From Actinomycetota bacterium (GTDB lineage: Bacteria > Actinomycetota > Actinomycetes > Jiangellales > Jiangellaceae), in NCBI GenBank assembly GCA_046726315.1, contig JBKPAG010000017.1, positions 30,890 to 94,889 of the forward strand: a stretch of 64,000 nucleotides of DNA. Reading direction: 5' to 3'. Below are positions 48,325-60,209 of this stretch, one piece after another (position 1 is the first letter of the stretch; the number at the start of each line of letters is the position of its first letter). The position numbers were made by a program, and so were the translations under genes. The notes under the pieces are model-generated. The model had not been told where the DNA came from, made no database searches, and saw nothing but the letters and a program-made list of their open reading frames with translations.

Positions 48325-50259
48325 ATGATCGTCGCGTCCGCGCTCGTCGGCCAGACGACTGAGGAGACCGCCACCCTTGCCGAAGGCGTGTTTTCCTCGA
48401 CATGGCTGCTCATCGTGCTCCCACTGCTGGGCGCTGCGGTCCTGCTGCTCGGGGGGCGCCGGCTCAACCGGATCGCGCCGGTGCTTGGCTGTGTCGCGCC
48501 GGTCGCCGCATTCGTCGTGGCGGCCGTGCTGTTCATTGCGATGGTGGGCCGCGCGCCTGAGGAGCGGGCCATCTCCGTGCCGCTGTACGACTTCTTCACG
48601 GTCGGCGATTACAACGTGGCGGTCGGGCTGCTCCTCGACCAGCTGTCGATGGCGTTCACCCTTCTGATCACCGGCGTCGGCTCGATCATCCACATCTACT
48701 CGATCGGCTACATGGGGCACGACGAGAACCGGCAGCGGTTCTTCGGCTACATGAACCTGTTCGTCGCCGCGATGCTGCTGTTGGTCCTCGCCGACGACTA
48801 CCTGATCCTCTATGTGGGATGGGAAGGCGTCGGCCTGGCGTCCTACCTGCTGATCGGGTTCTGGCAGCACAAGGACTCAGCGGCCGTCGCCGCCAAGAAG
48901 GCCTTCGTGGTCAACCGAGTCGGCGACCTGGGGATGTCGCTCGCGGTCATGTCGATGGTCGTGGTCTTCGGCACGACTGCGTTCGCGGCCGTCTTCCCGG
49001 CGGCGGCCGACGCGCCGAAAGACTGGCTGATCGCGATCGGGCTCCTGCTTCTCCTCGGAGCTTGTGGGAAGTCCGCGCAGTTCCCGCTCCAGTCGTGGTT
49101 GTTGGACGCGATGGAGGGCCCGACCCCCGTTTCGGCCCTCATCCACGCGGCGACCATGGTCACTGCGGGCGTCTACCTGGTCGTCCGGTCCGCGGCGATC
49201 TATAACGGCAACGAGATTGCCCAGACCGCTGTCGTGATCGTCGGCACGATCACGCTGCTGATGGGTGCGATCATCGGGTGCGCCAAGGACGACATCAAGA
49301 AGGCGCTGGCCGGGTCGACGATGAGCCAGATCGGCTACATGATGCTTGCCGCCGGTCTCGGGCCTGCTGGCTACGCGTTAGCGATCTTCCATCTGCTGAC
49401 CCATGGCTTCTTCAAGGCCGACCTGTTCTTGGGCGCCGGCTCGGTCATGCATGGCATGAACGACGAGGTCGACATGCGCCGCTATGGTGCGTTGCGCGCC
49501 GCGATGCCCGTGACCTTCCTGACGTTCGCTGCCGGCTATCTGGCGATCATCGGAATCCCGCCGTTTGCCGGGTACTTCTCCAAGGACCCGATCATCGAGA
49601 CCGCCTTCGCGAACAACTTCGTCGCCGGGTTCTGCGCCCTGGCCGGCGCCGGCATCACCGCGTTCTACATGACCAGGGTGATGCTGATGACGTTCGTCGG
49701 GGCGAAACGATGGGCCGCGGACGCTCACCCGCACGAGTCGCCCCGGGTCATGACCGTGCCGCTCATAATCCTTGGTGCGCTGTCGACAATCGGCGGTGTG
49801 GTGCTGCTCTACGCCGGGGGCGGCATCGTCGAGTGGCTGGAGCCGGTGACCGGTGAAGAGCATGTCGAGCTGGGCATTCCGGTCTGGGCCATGACCTTGA
49901 TCATTCTTGCGGTGGTCGGCGTCGGCGTCGCGGTCGCCTGGCAGATCTTCGGCCGGCAGGCGGTGCCGGTCACCCAGCCGGCCGGTTCGACCGTCACGGT
50001 CGCCGCCCGCCGGGACCTTTACGGCGACGCGGTCAATGAAGCCGTGTTCATGCGACCCGGGCAGTACCTGACCCGGTCGCTGGTCTACGTGGACAACCGC
50101 GGAATCGATGGCGCGGTGGTCGGTACCGCATCCGGGGTTGGCCAGTTCTCGACCCGACTGCGGCGATGGCAAACCGGGTTCGTCCGCTCGTACGCCCTGT
50201 CGATGCTGGCGGGAGCGGCCATCGTCGTCGTGGTCATGCTGGTGGTGAGGCTGCCGTGA
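48325..50259 (+). CDS. nuoL: NADH-quinone oxidoreductase subunit L
   Basis: [18 protein letters not shown] and [38 protein letters not shown]. Confidence 0.92.
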   Translation: MIVASALVGQTTEETATLAEGVFSSTWLLIVLPLLGAAVLLLGGRRLNRIAPVLGCVAPVAAFVVAAVLFIAMVGRAPEERAISVPLYDFFTVGDYNVAVGLLLDQLSMAFTLLITGVGSIIHIYSIGYMGHDENRQRFFGYMNLFVAAMLLLVLADDYLILYVGWEGVGLASYLLIGFWQHKDSAAVAAKKAFVVNRVGDLGMSLAVMSMVVVFGTTAFAAVFPAAADAPKDWLIAIGLLLLLGACGKSAQFPLQSWLLDAMEGPTPVSALIHAATMVTAGVYLVVRSAAIYNGNEIAQTAVVIVGTITLLMGAIIGCAKDDIKKALAGSTMSQIGYMMLAAGLGPAGYALAIFHLLTHGFFKADLFLGAGSVMHGMNDEVDMRRYGALRAAMPVTFLTFAAGYLAIIGIPPFAGYFSKDPIIETAFANNFVAGFCALAGAGITAFYMTRVMLMTFVGAKRWAADAHPHESPRVMTVPLIILGALSTIGGVVLLYAGGGIVEWLEPVTGEEHVELGIPVWAMTLIILAVVGVGVAVAWQIFGRQAVPVTQPAGSTVTVAARRDLYGDAVNEAVFMRPGQYLTRSLVYVDNRGIDGAVVGTASGVGQFSTRLRRWQTGFVRSYALSMLAGAAIVVVVMLVVRLP

Positions 50260-51782
50260 CGTTCCCCTGGCTCACCACCCTGATTGCCGTTCCGCTGCTC
50301 GGCGCCGCGCTCACGGCGCTGGTGCCACGCGGGCTCGAGCTGGCGGCGAAGAGGCTCGCCCTGTTCGTCGGTGTGGTTACAGCAATCCTCACCCTGATCG
50401 CAGCGGTGGCGTTCGTCGCCGACGGAGCGACCGAGCAATTCGTCGAACGGTATGAATGGGTCGGCTCGCTCGGTGTCTTCTACGCCGTCGGTGCCGATGG
50501 CATCTCGCTCTCGCTCATCGGGTTGACAGCCGTCGTCACACCAATCGTGCTGCTGGCGATGTGGCGCGAGGCCGAGGCCGAACACCGCAATCCCAAGCCG
50601 TTCTTCGCCCTCATGCTGTTGCTCGAGGCGATGATCATCGGTACCTTCGCTGCCGAGGACGTGCTGCTCTTCTACGTCCTGTTCGAAGCCATGTTGGTGC
50701 CTATGTACTTCCTCATCGGCCTGTACGGCGGCCCGCAACGTCGGTACGCGGCAGTGAAGTTCCTGCTTTACAACCTGCTCGGCGGGCTCATCATGCTGGC
50801 GGCGGTGATCGGGCTCTACGTGCAGTCGGTCGACGCGGGACAGCCCTCGTTCCTGCTCTCCGACCTGGTCGCGCTGGACGTTCCCGTCGAAGTCCAGCGG
50901 TGGCTCTTCCTCGGGTTCATGTTCGCATTCGCGATCAAGGCGCCGCTGTGGCCGTTCCATACCTGGCTGCCGGACGCCGCTGCCGAGGCGACGCCGGCAA
51001 ACGCCGCATACCTGTCCGGCGTCATGGACAAGGTCGGGACGTTCGGCATGATCGCGCTGGTCCTTCCGCTGTTCCCCGATGCCTCGCGCGAGTTCGCGCC
51101 GGCCATCGTGGTACTTGCAGTGATCAGCATCCTCTACGGTGCTCTGCTGGCCGTCGCGCAGACGGACATGAAACGTCTGATCGCCTACACCTCGATCTCG
51201 CATTTCGGTTTCATCGTGATGGGGATCTTCGCGCTGACCAGCCAGGGCGCCGCCGGTTCGACGCTCTACATGGTCAATCACGGGCTGTCGACGGTGGCCC
51301 TGTTCGTCATCGTCGGCTTCATGATCGTCCGACGTGGCTCGAGGCTGGTGGCCGACTACGGCGGCGCGGCGCAACCAGCGCCAATTCTGGCCGGCTCGCT
51401 GTTGTTCGCAGGCCTGTCCGCCCTCGCGCTTCCGGGCCTCGCCACCTTCGTCAGTGAGTTCCTGGTGCTGGTGGGCACGTACAGCCGGTACCGGATCGCA
51501 GCAGTCGTCGCCACGGTGGGGATCATCCTCGCCGCGCTCTACATCCTGCTGTTCTACCAGCGCACGATGACCGGCCCGGCCCGCGAGGCGACTCGGAACT
51601 TCGTCGACCTGAGGCGGCGCGAGTTGCTGGTCGTCGCGCCGCTCGTGGCGCTGCTCCTCGCGGTCGGGTTCTTCCCCAAGCCGGTACTCGACGTCATCGA
51701 CGACGGCGTCCAACCGACACTCGCCGAGGTCGGCGTCAGCGATCCCGAGCCGATCACTCCCGCGGCGGAAGGGAGCGAGTGA
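50256..51782 (+). CDS. nuoM: NADH-quinone oxidoreductase subunit M
   Basis: GTGA overlap with nuo[40 protein letters not shown]. Confidence 0.92.
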   Translation: MTFPWLTTLIAVPLLGAALTALVPRGLELAAKRLALFVGVVTAILTLIAAVAFVADGATEQFVERYEWVGSLGVFYAVGADGISLSLIGLTAVVTPIVLLAMWREAEAEHRNPKPFFALMLLLEAMIIGTFAAEDVLLFYVLFEAMLVPMYFLIGLYGGPQRRYAAVKFLLYNLLGGLIMLAAVIGLYVQSVDAGQPSFLLSDLVALDVPVEVQRWLFLGFMFAFAIKAPLWPFHTWLPDAAAEATPANAAYLSGVMDKVGTFGMIALVLPLFPDASREFAPAIVVLAVISILYGALLAVAQTDMKRLIAYTSISHFGFIVMGIFALTSQGAAGSTLYMVNHGLSTVALFVIVGFMIVRRGSRLVADYGGAAQPAPILAGSLLFAGLSALALPGLATFVSEFLVLVGTYSRYRIAAVVATVGIILAALYILLFYQRTMTGPAREATRNFVDLRRRELLVVAPLVALLLAVGFFPKPVLDVIDDGVQPTLAEVGVSDPEPITPAAEGSE

Positions 51783-51783
51783 G

Positions 51784-53310
51784 GTGAACGCGCCCACTAT
51801 CGAGTACGCCGAACTCCTGCCGATGCTCATTGTCTTCGGCGCGGCGGTCGTCGGCGTCTTGATCGAGGCGTTCGCGCCTCGCCGACCACGGCATCTGCTG
51901 CAGGTGGGACTTGCGCTCGCTGCGCTGGTCGCGGCGTTCGTCGCGGTGATCCGGCTGGCCGGAACGTCGATCATCGGTGCGGCGGGCTCGGTGGCGATCG
52001 ACGGGCCGGCGTTGTTCCTGCAAGGCGCGATACTGGTGTTTTCTGTGATCAGCGTGCTGTTCTTCGCCGAACGCAGGCTGGAAGGCGGGGGCGACGCGTT
52101 TGCACCGTCGGCATCGGCGCTGCCTGGCGGCGCGGCGGAACGGACCCTGGTTGCCGAAGGTGTCCTGCAGACCGAGGTCTACCCGCTGATGATGTTCGCC
52201 ATCGGCGGGATGCTGTTGTTCCCGGCCGCCAACGATCTGCTGACATTGTTCGTCGCGCTGGAGGTGCTCTCGCTCCCGCTGTACCTGCTGGCAGGAATGG
52301 CCCGCCGCCGACGGCTACTGTCGCAGGAGGCTGCGCTGAAGTACTTCCTACTCGGTGCCTTCTCGTCAGCGTTCTTCCTCTTTGGCGCCGCGCTGATCTA
52401 CGGGTTTGCGGGCTCCGTCCGGCTGTCCGACATCGACGAGGCGCTGGGCGCCAGGGTGGGCCAGGAAGGCCTGCTGCTCGCCGGAGTCGGCCTGATAGCG
52501 GTCGGTCTGCTGTTCAAGGTGAGCGCAGCTCCGTTCCACTCGTGGACCCCTGATGTGTACCAAGGCGCGCCGACACCGGTCACCGGCTTCATGGCCGCCT
52601 GCACGAAGATTGCCGCGTTCGGAGCGATGCTGCGGATCTTCTACGTGTCGTTCGGCGCGGTGAGCAGCGACTGGCAGCCGATGTTCTGGGCAGTGGCGAT
52701 CCTCACCATGATGGTCGGCGTCGTTGTTGCACTGACCCAAACCGACGTCAAGCGTATGTTGGCGTACTCCTCGATCGCCCACGCCGGGTTCATTTTCACG
52801 GGGATGGTGGCTGCCGACGCGATCGGCACGGCCAGCGTGCTGTTCTATCTGGTGGTCTACGGCTTCACCACGGTCGGAGCATTCGCCGTCGTGACCCTCG
52901 TGCGCGACTCCGCGGGGGAGGCCACGCACCTGGCGAAGTGGGCCGGTCTCGGCAAGCGTTCGCCGGTGGTCGCTGCGACGTTCGCGCTGTTCCTGCTCGC
53001 CTTCGCCGGCATCCCACTCACCAGCGGCTTCGTCGGCAAGCTCGCCGTCTTCTCGGCGGCGATCGACGCCGGAGCGGTGGCGCTGGTCATCGTCGGTCTG
53101 GTCGCGAGTGCGATTGCCGCGTTCTTCTACATCCGGGTCATCGTCCTGATGTTCTTCACCGAACCGGCCGCCGACGGCCCAACGGTTGCCGTGCCGAGCA
53201 CGTGGACTACCGTCGGTATCGGCGTGGGCGTCGCAGCGACGGTCATCCTTGGCATCCTGCCCGGGCCGCTGCTCGAGCTTGCTCAGCAGGCAGCGGTGTT
53301 TGTTCGCTGA
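51784..53310 (+). CDS. nuoN: NADH-quinone oxidoreductase subunit N
   Basis: GTG sits 1 nt after the nuoM stop. LEVLSLPLYLLAG, FKVSAAPFHSWTPDVYQGAPTPVT, AYSSIAHAGF. Confidence 0.92.
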   Translation: MNAPTIEYAELLPMLIVFGAAVVGVLIEAFAPRRPRHLLQVGLALAALVAAFVAVIRLAGTSIIGAAGSVAIDGPALFLQGAILVFSVISVLFFAERRLEGGGDAFAPSASALPGGAAERTLVAEGVLQTEVYPLMMFAIGGMLLFPAANDLLTLFVALEVLSLPLYLLAGMARRRRLLSQEAALKYFLLGAFSSAFFLFGAALIYGFAGSVRLSDIDEALGARVGQEGLLLAGVGLIAVGLLFKVSAAPFHSWTPDVYQGAPTPVTGFMAACTKIAAFGAMLRIFYVSFGAVSSDWQPMFWAVAILTMMVGVVVALTQTDVKRMLAYSSIAHAGFIFTGMVAADAIGTASVLFYLVVYGFTTVGAFAVVTLVRDSAGEATHLAKWAGLGKRSPVVAATFALFLLAFAGIPLTSGFVGKLAVFSAAIDAGAVALVIVGLVASAIAAFFYIRVIVLMFFTEPAADGPTVAVPSTWTTVGIGVGVAATVILGILPGPLLELAQQAAVFVR

Positions 53311-53342
53311 GTCCGTTTCGCTGACGACCGAGGAGGAGGCCC

Positions 53343-54341
53343 GTGGCGACCTCTCCGGTCCCCGCGATTCCCTCGGTTGGCCCGGCATTCGAGGCGTCGG
53401 TCGCGGCTGGACTCGAGGAGGTGGAGGAACGGCTGGCCGAGGCCGTCAAGTCCGACGACGCGATGCTCGCCGCCGCGTCGCGGCATCTGGTCGCGGCCGG
53501 AGGCAAACGGTTCCGGCCGTTGCTCGCTTTGACGGCCGGTCACTTCGGCGACCCGGATGCACCTGGCGTTGTGCGCGCGGCCGTCGTTGTCGAGCTCACC
53601 CACGTCGCTACGCTCTACCACGACGACGTGATGGACGAGGCCGCCCTGCGGCGAGGGGCGCCCAGCGCGAACGCCCTGTGGGGCAACACCGTCGCGATCC
53701 TCACGGGGGACTTTTTGTTCGCGCGGGCGTCGGACATCGCAGCAGACCTGGGTACCGAGTCGGTCCGGATTCAGTCGAGGACGTTCGAGCGGCTGGTGCA
53801 CGGTCAGCTGAGGGAGACGTTGGGTCCGAAGGAAGACGAGGATCCGGTCGCCCACTACCTGGGTGTGCTGTCGGACAAGACGGCGTCCCTCATCGCGACC
53901 TCGGCGCGGCTCGGGGCATTGCATGCGGGAGCGCCGAATGGAACCGTCGATGTGCTCGCCCGATTCGGCGAACGCATCGGCATGGCCTTCCAGCTCGCCG
54001 ATGACGTCCTCGACATCGCCAGCGAGTCCACGGTGTTGGGTAAGGCTTCGGGCACCGACCTGCGCGAAGGGATCGCGACGCTTCCCGTCCTGTACGCCAG
54101 ACAGTCGACCGACCCGGCGGATGCCAGGCTCCGGGCCCTGATCGGCGGCCCGCTGAACGACGAAGCCGTCCGCGCGGAGGCCGTGCAGCTGCTGCGTGCA
54201 CACCCCGCGATGGCCCGCAGCCGAGCCGTCGTCCGCCGCTATGCCGAAGATGCCCGCGAGGTCCTCACGCCGCTGCCCGATATCCCCGCCCGCCGCGCCC
54301 TCGAAGCCCTGTGCACCTCAGTCGTCACCCGCACCGCCTGA
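53343..54341 (+). CDS. Polyprenyl diphosphate synthase (menaquinone side-chain synthase, GrcC1/HepT-like)
   Basis: GGKRFRP, first DDxxD in LYHDDVMDEA, second in QLADDVLD. Confidence 0.85.
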   Translation: MATSPVPAIPSVGPAFEASVAAGLEEVEERLAEAVKSDDAMLAAASRHLVAAGGKRFRPLLALTAGHFGDPDAPGVVRAAVVVELTHVATLYHDDVMDEAALRRGAPSANALWGNTVAILTGDFLFARASDIAADLGTESVRIQSRTFERLVHGQLRETLGPKEDEDPVAHYLGVLSDKTASLIATSARLGALHAGAPNGTVDVLARFGERIGMAFQLADDVLDIASESTVLGKASGTDLREGIATLPVLYARQSTDPADARLRALIGGPLNDEAVRAEAVQLLRAHPAMARSRAVVRRYAEDAREVLTPLPDIPARRALEALCTSVVTRTA

Positions 54342-54355
54342 CAGCGTAGTCGCCG

Positions 54356-55420
54356 TCAGTTGACGGTCCAGGGATCGCTGCCGGCGAGGAGGCCGGCCAG
54401 GTCGCCGGGACCTTGGGTGTCGACTGCGCGATCCAGCTGGGCCGTCATGAGGTCGCCGTATGTCGCTCGGTCGACCTGCCGGAAGATGCCGATCGCCGAC
54501 CGGGCGAGGGAGCCGGGGTCGGCCAACCGGGACAACGCGAACGCCTGTGACGGGTCGGCGGCGTGCGCGTCATGGACGATCACCGCGGGGTCGTCGCCGC
54601 CACAGACCTCCAGGCCACCTGTCGCGGGGTCTCGGCGCACACCCTGGTCGAGATCGGCGCCGAAACGCACCGGCTGGCCGTGTTCGAGCCGGATCAGCAC
54701 GTCGTCACGAGTGTCTGCGCTCTTGAGCAGGTCAAATGCGCCGTCGTTAAAGATGTTGCAGTTCTGGTAGATCTCCACCAGCGATGTGCCGCGGTGTGCG
54801 GCGGCCGCACGCAGCACCGACGTCAGGTGCGCCCGGTCGGAATCGATGCTCCGGGCGACGAAGGTGGCTTCTGCACCCAATGCCAGGGATACCGGGTTGA
54901 ACGGAGCGTCCAGCGAGCCCATCGGGGTCGACTTGGTGATCTTGCCGAGCTCCGACGTCGGCGAATATTGACCCTTGGTGAGCCCGTAGATGCGGTTGTT
55001 GAACAGCAGGATCGTCAGGTTGACATTGCGCCGCAGCGCGTGGATGAGATGGTTGCCGCCGATCGACAGCGCGTCGCCGTCACCGGTGACCACCCACACC
55101 GACAGGTCCGGTCGCGACGCAGCGAGCCCGGTGGCTATCGCCGGCGCACGTCCGTGGATGGAGTGCATCCCGTACGTGTCCAAGTAGTACGGGAACCGCG
55201 ACGAGCACCCGATGCCCGAGATGAACACGATGTTCTCGCGCCGCAGCCCGAGCTCTGGCAGGAACCCCTGAACCGTGGCGAGGATCGCGTAGTCGCCGCA
55301 GCCCGGGCACCAGCGGACCTCCTGGTCGCTGGTGAAGGTCTTCTTGGTTTCGGGGACGTCGGTGATAGGCACGCCCTGCAGGCCGGCTGGCAATCCCAGC
55401 TCGACCGTGGTGTCAGACAT
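54356..55420 (-). CDS. korB: 2-oxoglutarate:ferredoxin oxidoreductase, beta subunit (ThDP-binding)
   Basis: WCPGCGDYAIL, GIGCSSRFPYY, TGDGDALSIGGNH. ATG 55420 (MSDTTVELG) overlaps the korA end by 8 nt. Confidence 0.85.
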   Translation of the reverse strand: MSDTTVELGLPAGLQGVPITDVPETKKTFTSDQEVRWCPGCGDYAILATVQGFLPELGLRRENIVFISGIGCSSRFPYYLDTYGMHSIHGRAPAIATGLAASRPDLSVWVVTGDGDALSIGGNHLIHALRRNVNLTILLFNNRIYGLTKGQYSPTSELGKITKSTPMGSLDAPFNPVSLALGAEATFVARSIDSDRAHLTSVLRAAAAHRGTSLVEIYQNCNIFNDGAFDLLKSADTRDDVLIRLEHGQPVRFGADLDQGVRRDPATGGLEVCGGDDPAVIVHDAHAADPSQAFALSRLADPGSLARSAIGIFRQVDRATYGDLMTAQLDRAVDTQGPGDLAGLLAGSDPWTVN

Positions 55421-57278
55421 CCGCAATCGCCTTCTCGATGACGTCGGCGAGCTCCTCAGCCTTGAACGGTAGCCCGCGGACGCGGTTGTAACTCATGACG
55501 TCGACCAGGAACCGGCCGCGAAGCAACAGCGCGAGCTGACCGAGGTTCATCTCTGGCACCAATACCTGGTCATACGACCGCAGAACCTCACCGGTGTTGG
55601 CTGGGAACGGGTTGAGGTGGCGCAGATGGGCCTGGGCAACTGGCTGGCCGGCCTTGCGGATCCGTCTCACCGCCGCGCCGATGGGGCCGTAGGTGGAGCC
55701 CCAGCCCAGCACCAATAGCCGCGCGTCGCCGGTGGGGTCGTCGACGGCGAGAGGTCTGATGCTTGCGGCGATACCGTCGATCTTGGCTTGCCGCAGCCGC
55801 ACCATCCGGTCGTGGTTGTCCGGGTCGTAGGAGATGTCGCCTGACCCATCGGCCTTCTCGATGCCGCCGATACGGTGCTCGAGACCTGCGGTACCCGGAA
55901 TTGCCCACGGGCGGGCGAGCGTCGATGGATCGCGCAGGTAGGGCCAGAACTCCGTGGGTCCGGTGCCGTTCCCGTGGTTCAGGGCGGTTGCGAAGCCGGG
56001 GTCGATGACCGGCAGATCGGACACGGCCGGGATCCGCCACGGCTCGGCGCCGTTGGCCAGGTTGCCGTCGGAGAGCAGCAGCACAGGCGTCCGGTAAGTC
56101 ACCGCGATTCGGGCGGCCTCCAAGGCGGCGTCGAAGCAGTCGCCGGGCGAGCAGGGTGCGACGATCGGCACCGGCGCTTCGCTGTTACGGCCGAACATCG
56201 CCTGCAACAGGTCGGCCTGCTCGGTCTTCGTGGGCAGGCCGGTGGACGGGCCGCCGCGCTGGATGTCGCAGACGATCAACGGCAGCTCGAGCGAGACTGC
56301 CAGGCCGATGGTTTCCGACTTGAGCGCGACACCGGGGCCCGACGTCGACGTGACGCCAAGTGCGCCGCCGAATGCCGCGCCGAGCGCTGCACCGATCCCG
56401 GCGATCTCGTCCTCGGCCTGGAACGTCCGCACCCCGAACCGCTTGTGCTTGGACAGCTCGTGCAGGATGTCCGACGCCGGCGTGATCGGGTACGAGCCCA
56501 GGAACAGCGGGAGCCCACTGCGCTGGGACGCGGCGATCAGACCGTAGGACAGGGCCAGGTTGCCGGTGATGTTCCGGTACCTGCCAGGCGGCAGCGGCGC
56601 CGGTTTGACCTCGTACGAGACCGCGAAGTCCTCGGTGGTCTCGCCATAGTTCCAGCCTGCCCTGAACGCGGTGATGTTGGCGTCGCGGATCGCGGGGTGC
56701 TTGGCGAACTTCCGCTCCAGAAACCGCTCGGTGCCCTCGGTGGGCCGGCCGTACATCCACGACAGCAGGCCCAGCGCGAACATGTTCTTGGAACGCCCGG
56801 CCTCCTTGCGGGTGAGACCGAAGTCCTTCAGCGCGGTCATGGTCATGCCGGTGAGGTCGAGCGCGTGGACCTTGTATGCGTCGAGACTGCCGTCCTCGAG
56901 TGGGTTGGCTTGGTAGCCGACCTTCCTCAGTGCGCGGTCGGTGAAGTCGGAGTTGTCGACGATCACCATTGCGCCGCGGGGGAGATCGTCGATGTTGGCC
57001 TTGAGCGCGGCTGGGTTCATCGCAACGAGCACGTTCGGTGCGTCGCCTGGGGTCAGGATGTCGTGGTCGGCGAAGTGCAGCTGGAAGCTCGACACCCCGG
57101 GCAGAGTCCCCGCTGGAGCGCGGATCTCAGCCGGGAAGTTCGGCAGCGTGGACAGGTCGTTGCCGAAAGAGGCCGTCTCGGCGGTGAACCTGTCTCCGGT
57201 CAGCTGCATCCCGTCACCGGAGTCGCCTGCGAATCGGATGATCACACGGTCGAGCTCCCGGACCTGCTTTCCGGTCAC
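55413..57278 (-). CDS. korA: 2-oxoglutarate:ferredoxin oxidoreductase, alpha subunit
   Basis: [59 protein letters not shown] start at 57278. Confidence 0.85.
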   Translation of the reverse strand: MTGKQVRELDRVIIRFAGDSGDGMQLTGDRFTAETASFGNDLSTLPNFPAEIRAPAGTLPGVSSFQLHFADHDILTPGDAPNVLVAMNPAALKANIDDLPRGAMVIVDNSDFTDRALRKVGYQANPLEDGSLDAYKVHALDLTGMTMTALKDFGLTRKEAGRSKNMFALGLLSWMYGRPTEGTERFLERKFAKHPAIRDANITAFRAGWNYGETTEDFAVSYEVKPAPLPPGRYRNITGNLALSYGLIAASQRSGLPLFLGSYPITPASDILHELSKHKRFGVRTFQAEDEIAGIGAALGAAFGGALGVTSTSGPGVALKSETIGLAVSLELPLIVCDIQRGGPSTGLPTKTEQADLLQAMFGRNSEAPVPIVAPCSPGDCFDAALEAARIAVTYRTPVLLLSDGNLANGAEPWRIPAVSDLPVIDPGFATALNHGNGTGPTEFWPYLRDPSTLARPWAIPGTAGLEHRIGGIEKADGSGDISYDPDNHDRMVRLRQAKIDGIAASIRPLAVDDPTGDARLLVLGWGSTYGPIGAAVRRIRKAGQPVAQAHLRHLNPFPANTGEVLRSYDQVLVPEMNLGQLALLLRGRFLVDVMSYNRVRGLPFKAEELADVIEKAIADV

Positions 57279-57546
57279 CGGATGTTGACGCCTCCCCTAG
57301 GTGGCACGTCTTGGCGCGTGGCCGTCGTTAGCCATGCGATGCGTCGTGCGCCTCCTGAATCAATGCTACGTCCGTCTGACCTTGTTCCCGTGCGGCGACT
57401 CGGGAATGTGCACGTGCGTTACCCGAACGTCACCCCTCGTAGATGGTTTCGCACTCGCCGCCCCGGTGGGTTGGCCCGGCGGTCCCCGACCACGGGTAGC
57501 GTGGTGGGAGCCGACTCGCACAGTGTGGCGCCGGGAGGAGGCGGCC

Positions 57547-57918
57547 GTGGAAGCGTACCTCAGTCCGTACGTCGTCCTTGCGGTCGTCGCGCTCGCCGGT
57601 GCCGGGTTCGTCGCTCTCGCATACGGCGCCAACCGCTTACTCGCTCCCCGCAAGCCGACTCGCGAGAAGTTGCTCACCTACGAGTCCGGGGTCGACCCAG
57701 TGGGCGAGGGCTGGGCGCACACGCATATCCGCTACTACGTCTACGCCTTCCTCTATGTGGTCTTCGCTGTCGACGCCGTCTACCTGTTCCCGTGGGCGAC
57801 GGTGTTCGCCGAACCGAATTTCGGGGCCACGACGCTGATCGAGATGTTCGTCTTTCTCGGCCTGTTGGCAACCGGGATCCTGTACGCCGTCCGGCGCGGA
57901 GTCCTGACGTGGCAGTAA
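57547..57918 (+). CDS. nuoA2: Complex I subunit A paralog (second nuo locus)
   Basis: GTG 57547 follows [20 protein letters not shown] and [15 protein letters not shown]. Confidence 0.85.
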   Translation: MEAYLSPYVVLAVVALAGAGFVALAYGANRLLAPRKPTREKLLTYESGVDPVGEGWAHTHIRYYVYAFLYVVFAVDAVYLFPWATVFAEPNFGATTLIEMFVFLGLLATGILYAVRRGVLTWQ

Positions 57919-57929
57919 CCGAGCTAGGG

Positions 57930-58532
57930 ATGCCTGGCCATGGGGCCCCCGACGACCTGGGCGCCGGTCATGTCGGGCTGGCGCAACGGCTGGTACCCGA
58001 ACCGGTCCGGATCGTGCTCAACTGGGGCCGCCGCTATTCGCTGTGGGTATTCAACTTTGGTCTCGCGTGCTGCGCCATCGAGTTCATCGCGGCGTCTATG
58101 GCCCGGCACGATTTCATCCGGTTGGGTGTGATCCCGTTCGCTCCCGGTCCCCGGCAGGCCGATCTGATGGTCGTGTCCGGGACGGTCACCGACAAGATGG
58201 CGCCGGCGGTCCGACGGCTCTACGAGCAGATACCCGAACCGAAATACGTCATCTCTTTCGGCGCGTGTTCGAACTCCGGTGGCCCGTACTGGGACTCGTA
58301 CTCGGTGACCAAGGGCGTCGACCAGGTGGTGCCCGTCGACGTGTACGTCCCCGGCTGCCCGCCGCGTCCGGAGGCCCTGCTGCAGGGGATTCTCAAGCTG
58401 CAGGAGAAAATCGCCGCGGAGAACCTTGCCGAGCGATATCCGGATCCGGCTGCCGTTCGCCGCGAGGCGGCCCCGGGAACGCTGACCCGCCCGTTGGTGT
58501 CGCCTGCTGCACCGGAGCGAGAACGACCGTGA
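57930..58532 (+). CDS. nuoB2: Complex I subunit B paralog
   Basis: [21 protein letters not shown] and PGCPPRPE, so the N2 cluster cysteines are retained. Confidence 0.88.
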   Translation: MPGHGAPDDLGAGHVGLAQRLVPEPVRIVLNWGRRYSLWVFNFGLACCAIEFIAASMARHDFIRLGVIPFAPGPRQADLMVVSGTVTDKMAPAVRRLYEQIPEPKYVISFGACSNSGGPYWDSYSVTKGVDQVVPVDVYVPGCPPRPEALLQGILKLQEKIAAENLAERYPDPAAVRREAAPGTLTRPLVSPAAPERERP

Positions 58533-59125
58533 CCGAGCAGAGCGAAGACTGGGCGGTCCAGCTCGCGCACGCCGCCGGTGAAGGTGCCGAGGTTGGTGAC
58601 GCCTTCGGGGTGCCCGTATTCGACGTCGCCGCGGAACGATGGCTGGCGACGCTGGAGGCCGCTCGCGACTCGGGGCTGACCTTCTTCGACTGGCTGTCCG
58701 CCGTCGATGAGTTGGACGAGGGCTTCTCGGTGGTCGTCCACGTCGCGGATCTGACCCGGCATCCGGTCCTGCACCTGCTGGTGCGGACGCGTATACCGCG
58801 GGACACACCCGTACTTCCGTCGGCGACAGGCGTGTACCGCGGCGCGGCGTGGCACGAGCGTGAGACGCACGAGATGTTCGGCGTCGAGTTCGACGGTCAT
58901 CCTGGCCTCGACCCGCTGCTGTTGCCCGACGGGTTCGATGGCCATCCGCTGCGGAAGGAGTTCGTGCTGGCCGCGCGCGCCGCCAAGCCGTGGCCCGGCG
59001 CCAAGGAGCCAGGCGAAGGCGGTGCGGCTGCGGCCGCCCCGTCCCGTCGGCGGATGCTGCCGCCGGGGGTGCCAGATGCGTCCTGGGGGCCTCATCCGCC
59101 CGGCGACGAAGGTGCGCAAGCGTGA
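58529..59125 (+). CDS. nuoC2: Complex I subunit C paralog (C domain only, not fused to D)
   Basis: GTGA overlap with nuoB2. [18 protein letters not shown] and HPLRKEF, with a Pro/Ala-rich tail. Its stop overlaps the nuoH2 start. Confidence 0.85.
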   Translation: MTEQSEDWAVQLAHAAGEGAEVGDAFGVPVFDVAAERWLATLEAARDSGLTFFDWLSAVDELDEGFSVVVHVADLTRHPVLHLLVRTRIPRDTPVLPSATGVYRGAAWHERETHEMFGVEFDGHPGLDPLLLPDGFDGHPLRKEFVLAARAAKPWPGAKEPGEGGAAAAAPSRRRMLPPGVPDASWGPHPPGDEGAQA

Positions 59126-60075
59126 TCGACGTTCTCGAGGCACTCTTTCGAGTTGTCGCCGTCGTCGCAGCCTTCTTGTTGCTGCCTCTGCTCGTGGGGC
59201 AGACCGAGCACAAGGTGATGGCGCACATGCAGGGCCGGGTTGGGCCGATGTACGCCGGCGGGTTTCACGGCTGGGCCCAGTTGATCGCCGACGGGGTCAA
59301 GTTCGCCCAGAAGGAAGACGTGCTTCCGACCCGCGCCGACCCGGCAATATTCCGGCTCGCCCCCGCCGTCGCGATGGTTCCGTACCTGGTCGCGTTGGCG
59401 TTCATACCGCTGGCGCCGGGCTGGGTGGGCGTCGACGTCGATGTGGGCCTGCTCGTGGTCCTCGCTGTCATGGGCGTCGGCGTATTGGGCTCGTTGATGG
59501 GGGGCTGGGCCAGCGGCAACAAGTACTCGTTGCTTGGCGGCCTACGCACGGCCGCACAGCTCATGGCGTACGAGCTGCCGTTCGTGCTGACCGCCGCCTC
59601 GGTGGCCATGGCCGCCGGAACACTGTCCCTGCCCGGCATCGTGGAGGCGTGGCAGCCGTGGTGGCTGGTGTGGCAAGGGATCGGTGCCGTTGTGTTCTTC
59701 GTGGCCGGCCTGGCGGAGTTGCAACGGCCGCCCTTCGACATGCCGGTCGCGGACTCCGAGATCATCTTCGGCGCATTCACCGAGTACACGGGCTTGCGGT
59801 TCGCATTCTTCCTGCTGGCCGAGTACGCCGGGATTGTTCTTCTCAGCGGGTTGACCGCGGTGCTGTTTCTGGGCGGCTGGCACGGACCGTTCGACGACGC
59901 GCTCGGCTGGCTGTGGACCCTCATCAAGACCTTCGCCCTCGCCGTCGTAGTCATCTGGCTGCGGGTTGCGTACCCCCGCCTGCGCGAGGACCAGCTGCAG
60001 CGCCTCGCCTGGCAGTGGCTGGTACCTCTAGCACTCATGCAACTGGCATTGACCGGAGTCGTCGCGCTGAGCTGA
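59122..60075 (+). CDS. nuoH2: Complex I subunit H paralog
   Basis: GTGA overlap with nuoC2. EHKVMAHMQGRVGPMYAGGFHGWAQLIADGVKF and ELQRPPFDMPVADSEIIFG. Confidence 0.88.
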   Translation: MIDVLEALFRVVAVVAAFLLLPLLVGQTEHKVMAHMQGRVGPMYAGGFHGWAQLIADGVKFAQKEDVLPTRADPAIFRLAPAVAMVPYLVALAFIPLAPGWVGVDVDVGLLVVLAVMGVGVLGSLMGGWASGNKYSLLGGLRTAAQLMAYELPFVLTAASVAMAAGTLSLPGIVEAWQPWWLVWQGIGAVVFFVAGLAELQRPPFDMPVADSEIIFGAFTEYTGLRFAFFLLAEYAGIVLLSGLTAVLFLGGWHGPFDDALGWLWTLIKTFALAVVVIWLRVAYPRLREDQLQRLAWQWLVPLALMQLALTGVVALS

Positions 60076-60077
60076 GG

Positions 60078-60175
60078 GGTCGACGGTCGAATCAGCACTC
60101 CATCGTCAGCGAACCCCCAGCCAGGCCGCCAACTTTGCGCCGGCAGCTGATCAGGCTAACCTCGGTCGACGGTCG
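60078..60175. repeat. 12-nt direct repeat GGTCGACGGTCG x2, 86 bp apart, in the nuoH2-nuoI2 spacer
   Basis: Copies at 60078..60089 and 60164..60175, read directly from the sequence. Confidence 0.4.
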
Positions 60176-60209
60176 CCTGCAGCGGCCACGGATCGATTGG
60201 CAGAAGACG

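Noticed and set aside
48308-48328. Mini-ORF ATGACTGGAGCGACCAGATGA (6 codons) overlapping the nuoL start, read as a leader peptide.
   Set aside because: It is too short and has no supporting feature. It most likely arises by chance from the ATGA-rich junction sequence between nuoK and nuoL.
57408-57417. The GCACGTGC core treated as a significant shared motif on its own.
   Set aside because: By a rough base-composition estimate, an 8-mer of this composition is expected a few times by chance in 64 kb. Only the 12-mer and 10-mer perfect palindromes at 21517 and 21572 stand out. The third site is reported only as a weak hint.
60078-60175. The 12-nt direct repeats read as target-site duplications of a miniature transposable element.
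   Set aside because: The 74 bp between them lacks terminal inverted repeats; only a short internal ATCAGC/GCTGAT pair is present. The repeats do not bracket the small ORF, so there is no support for a MITE.
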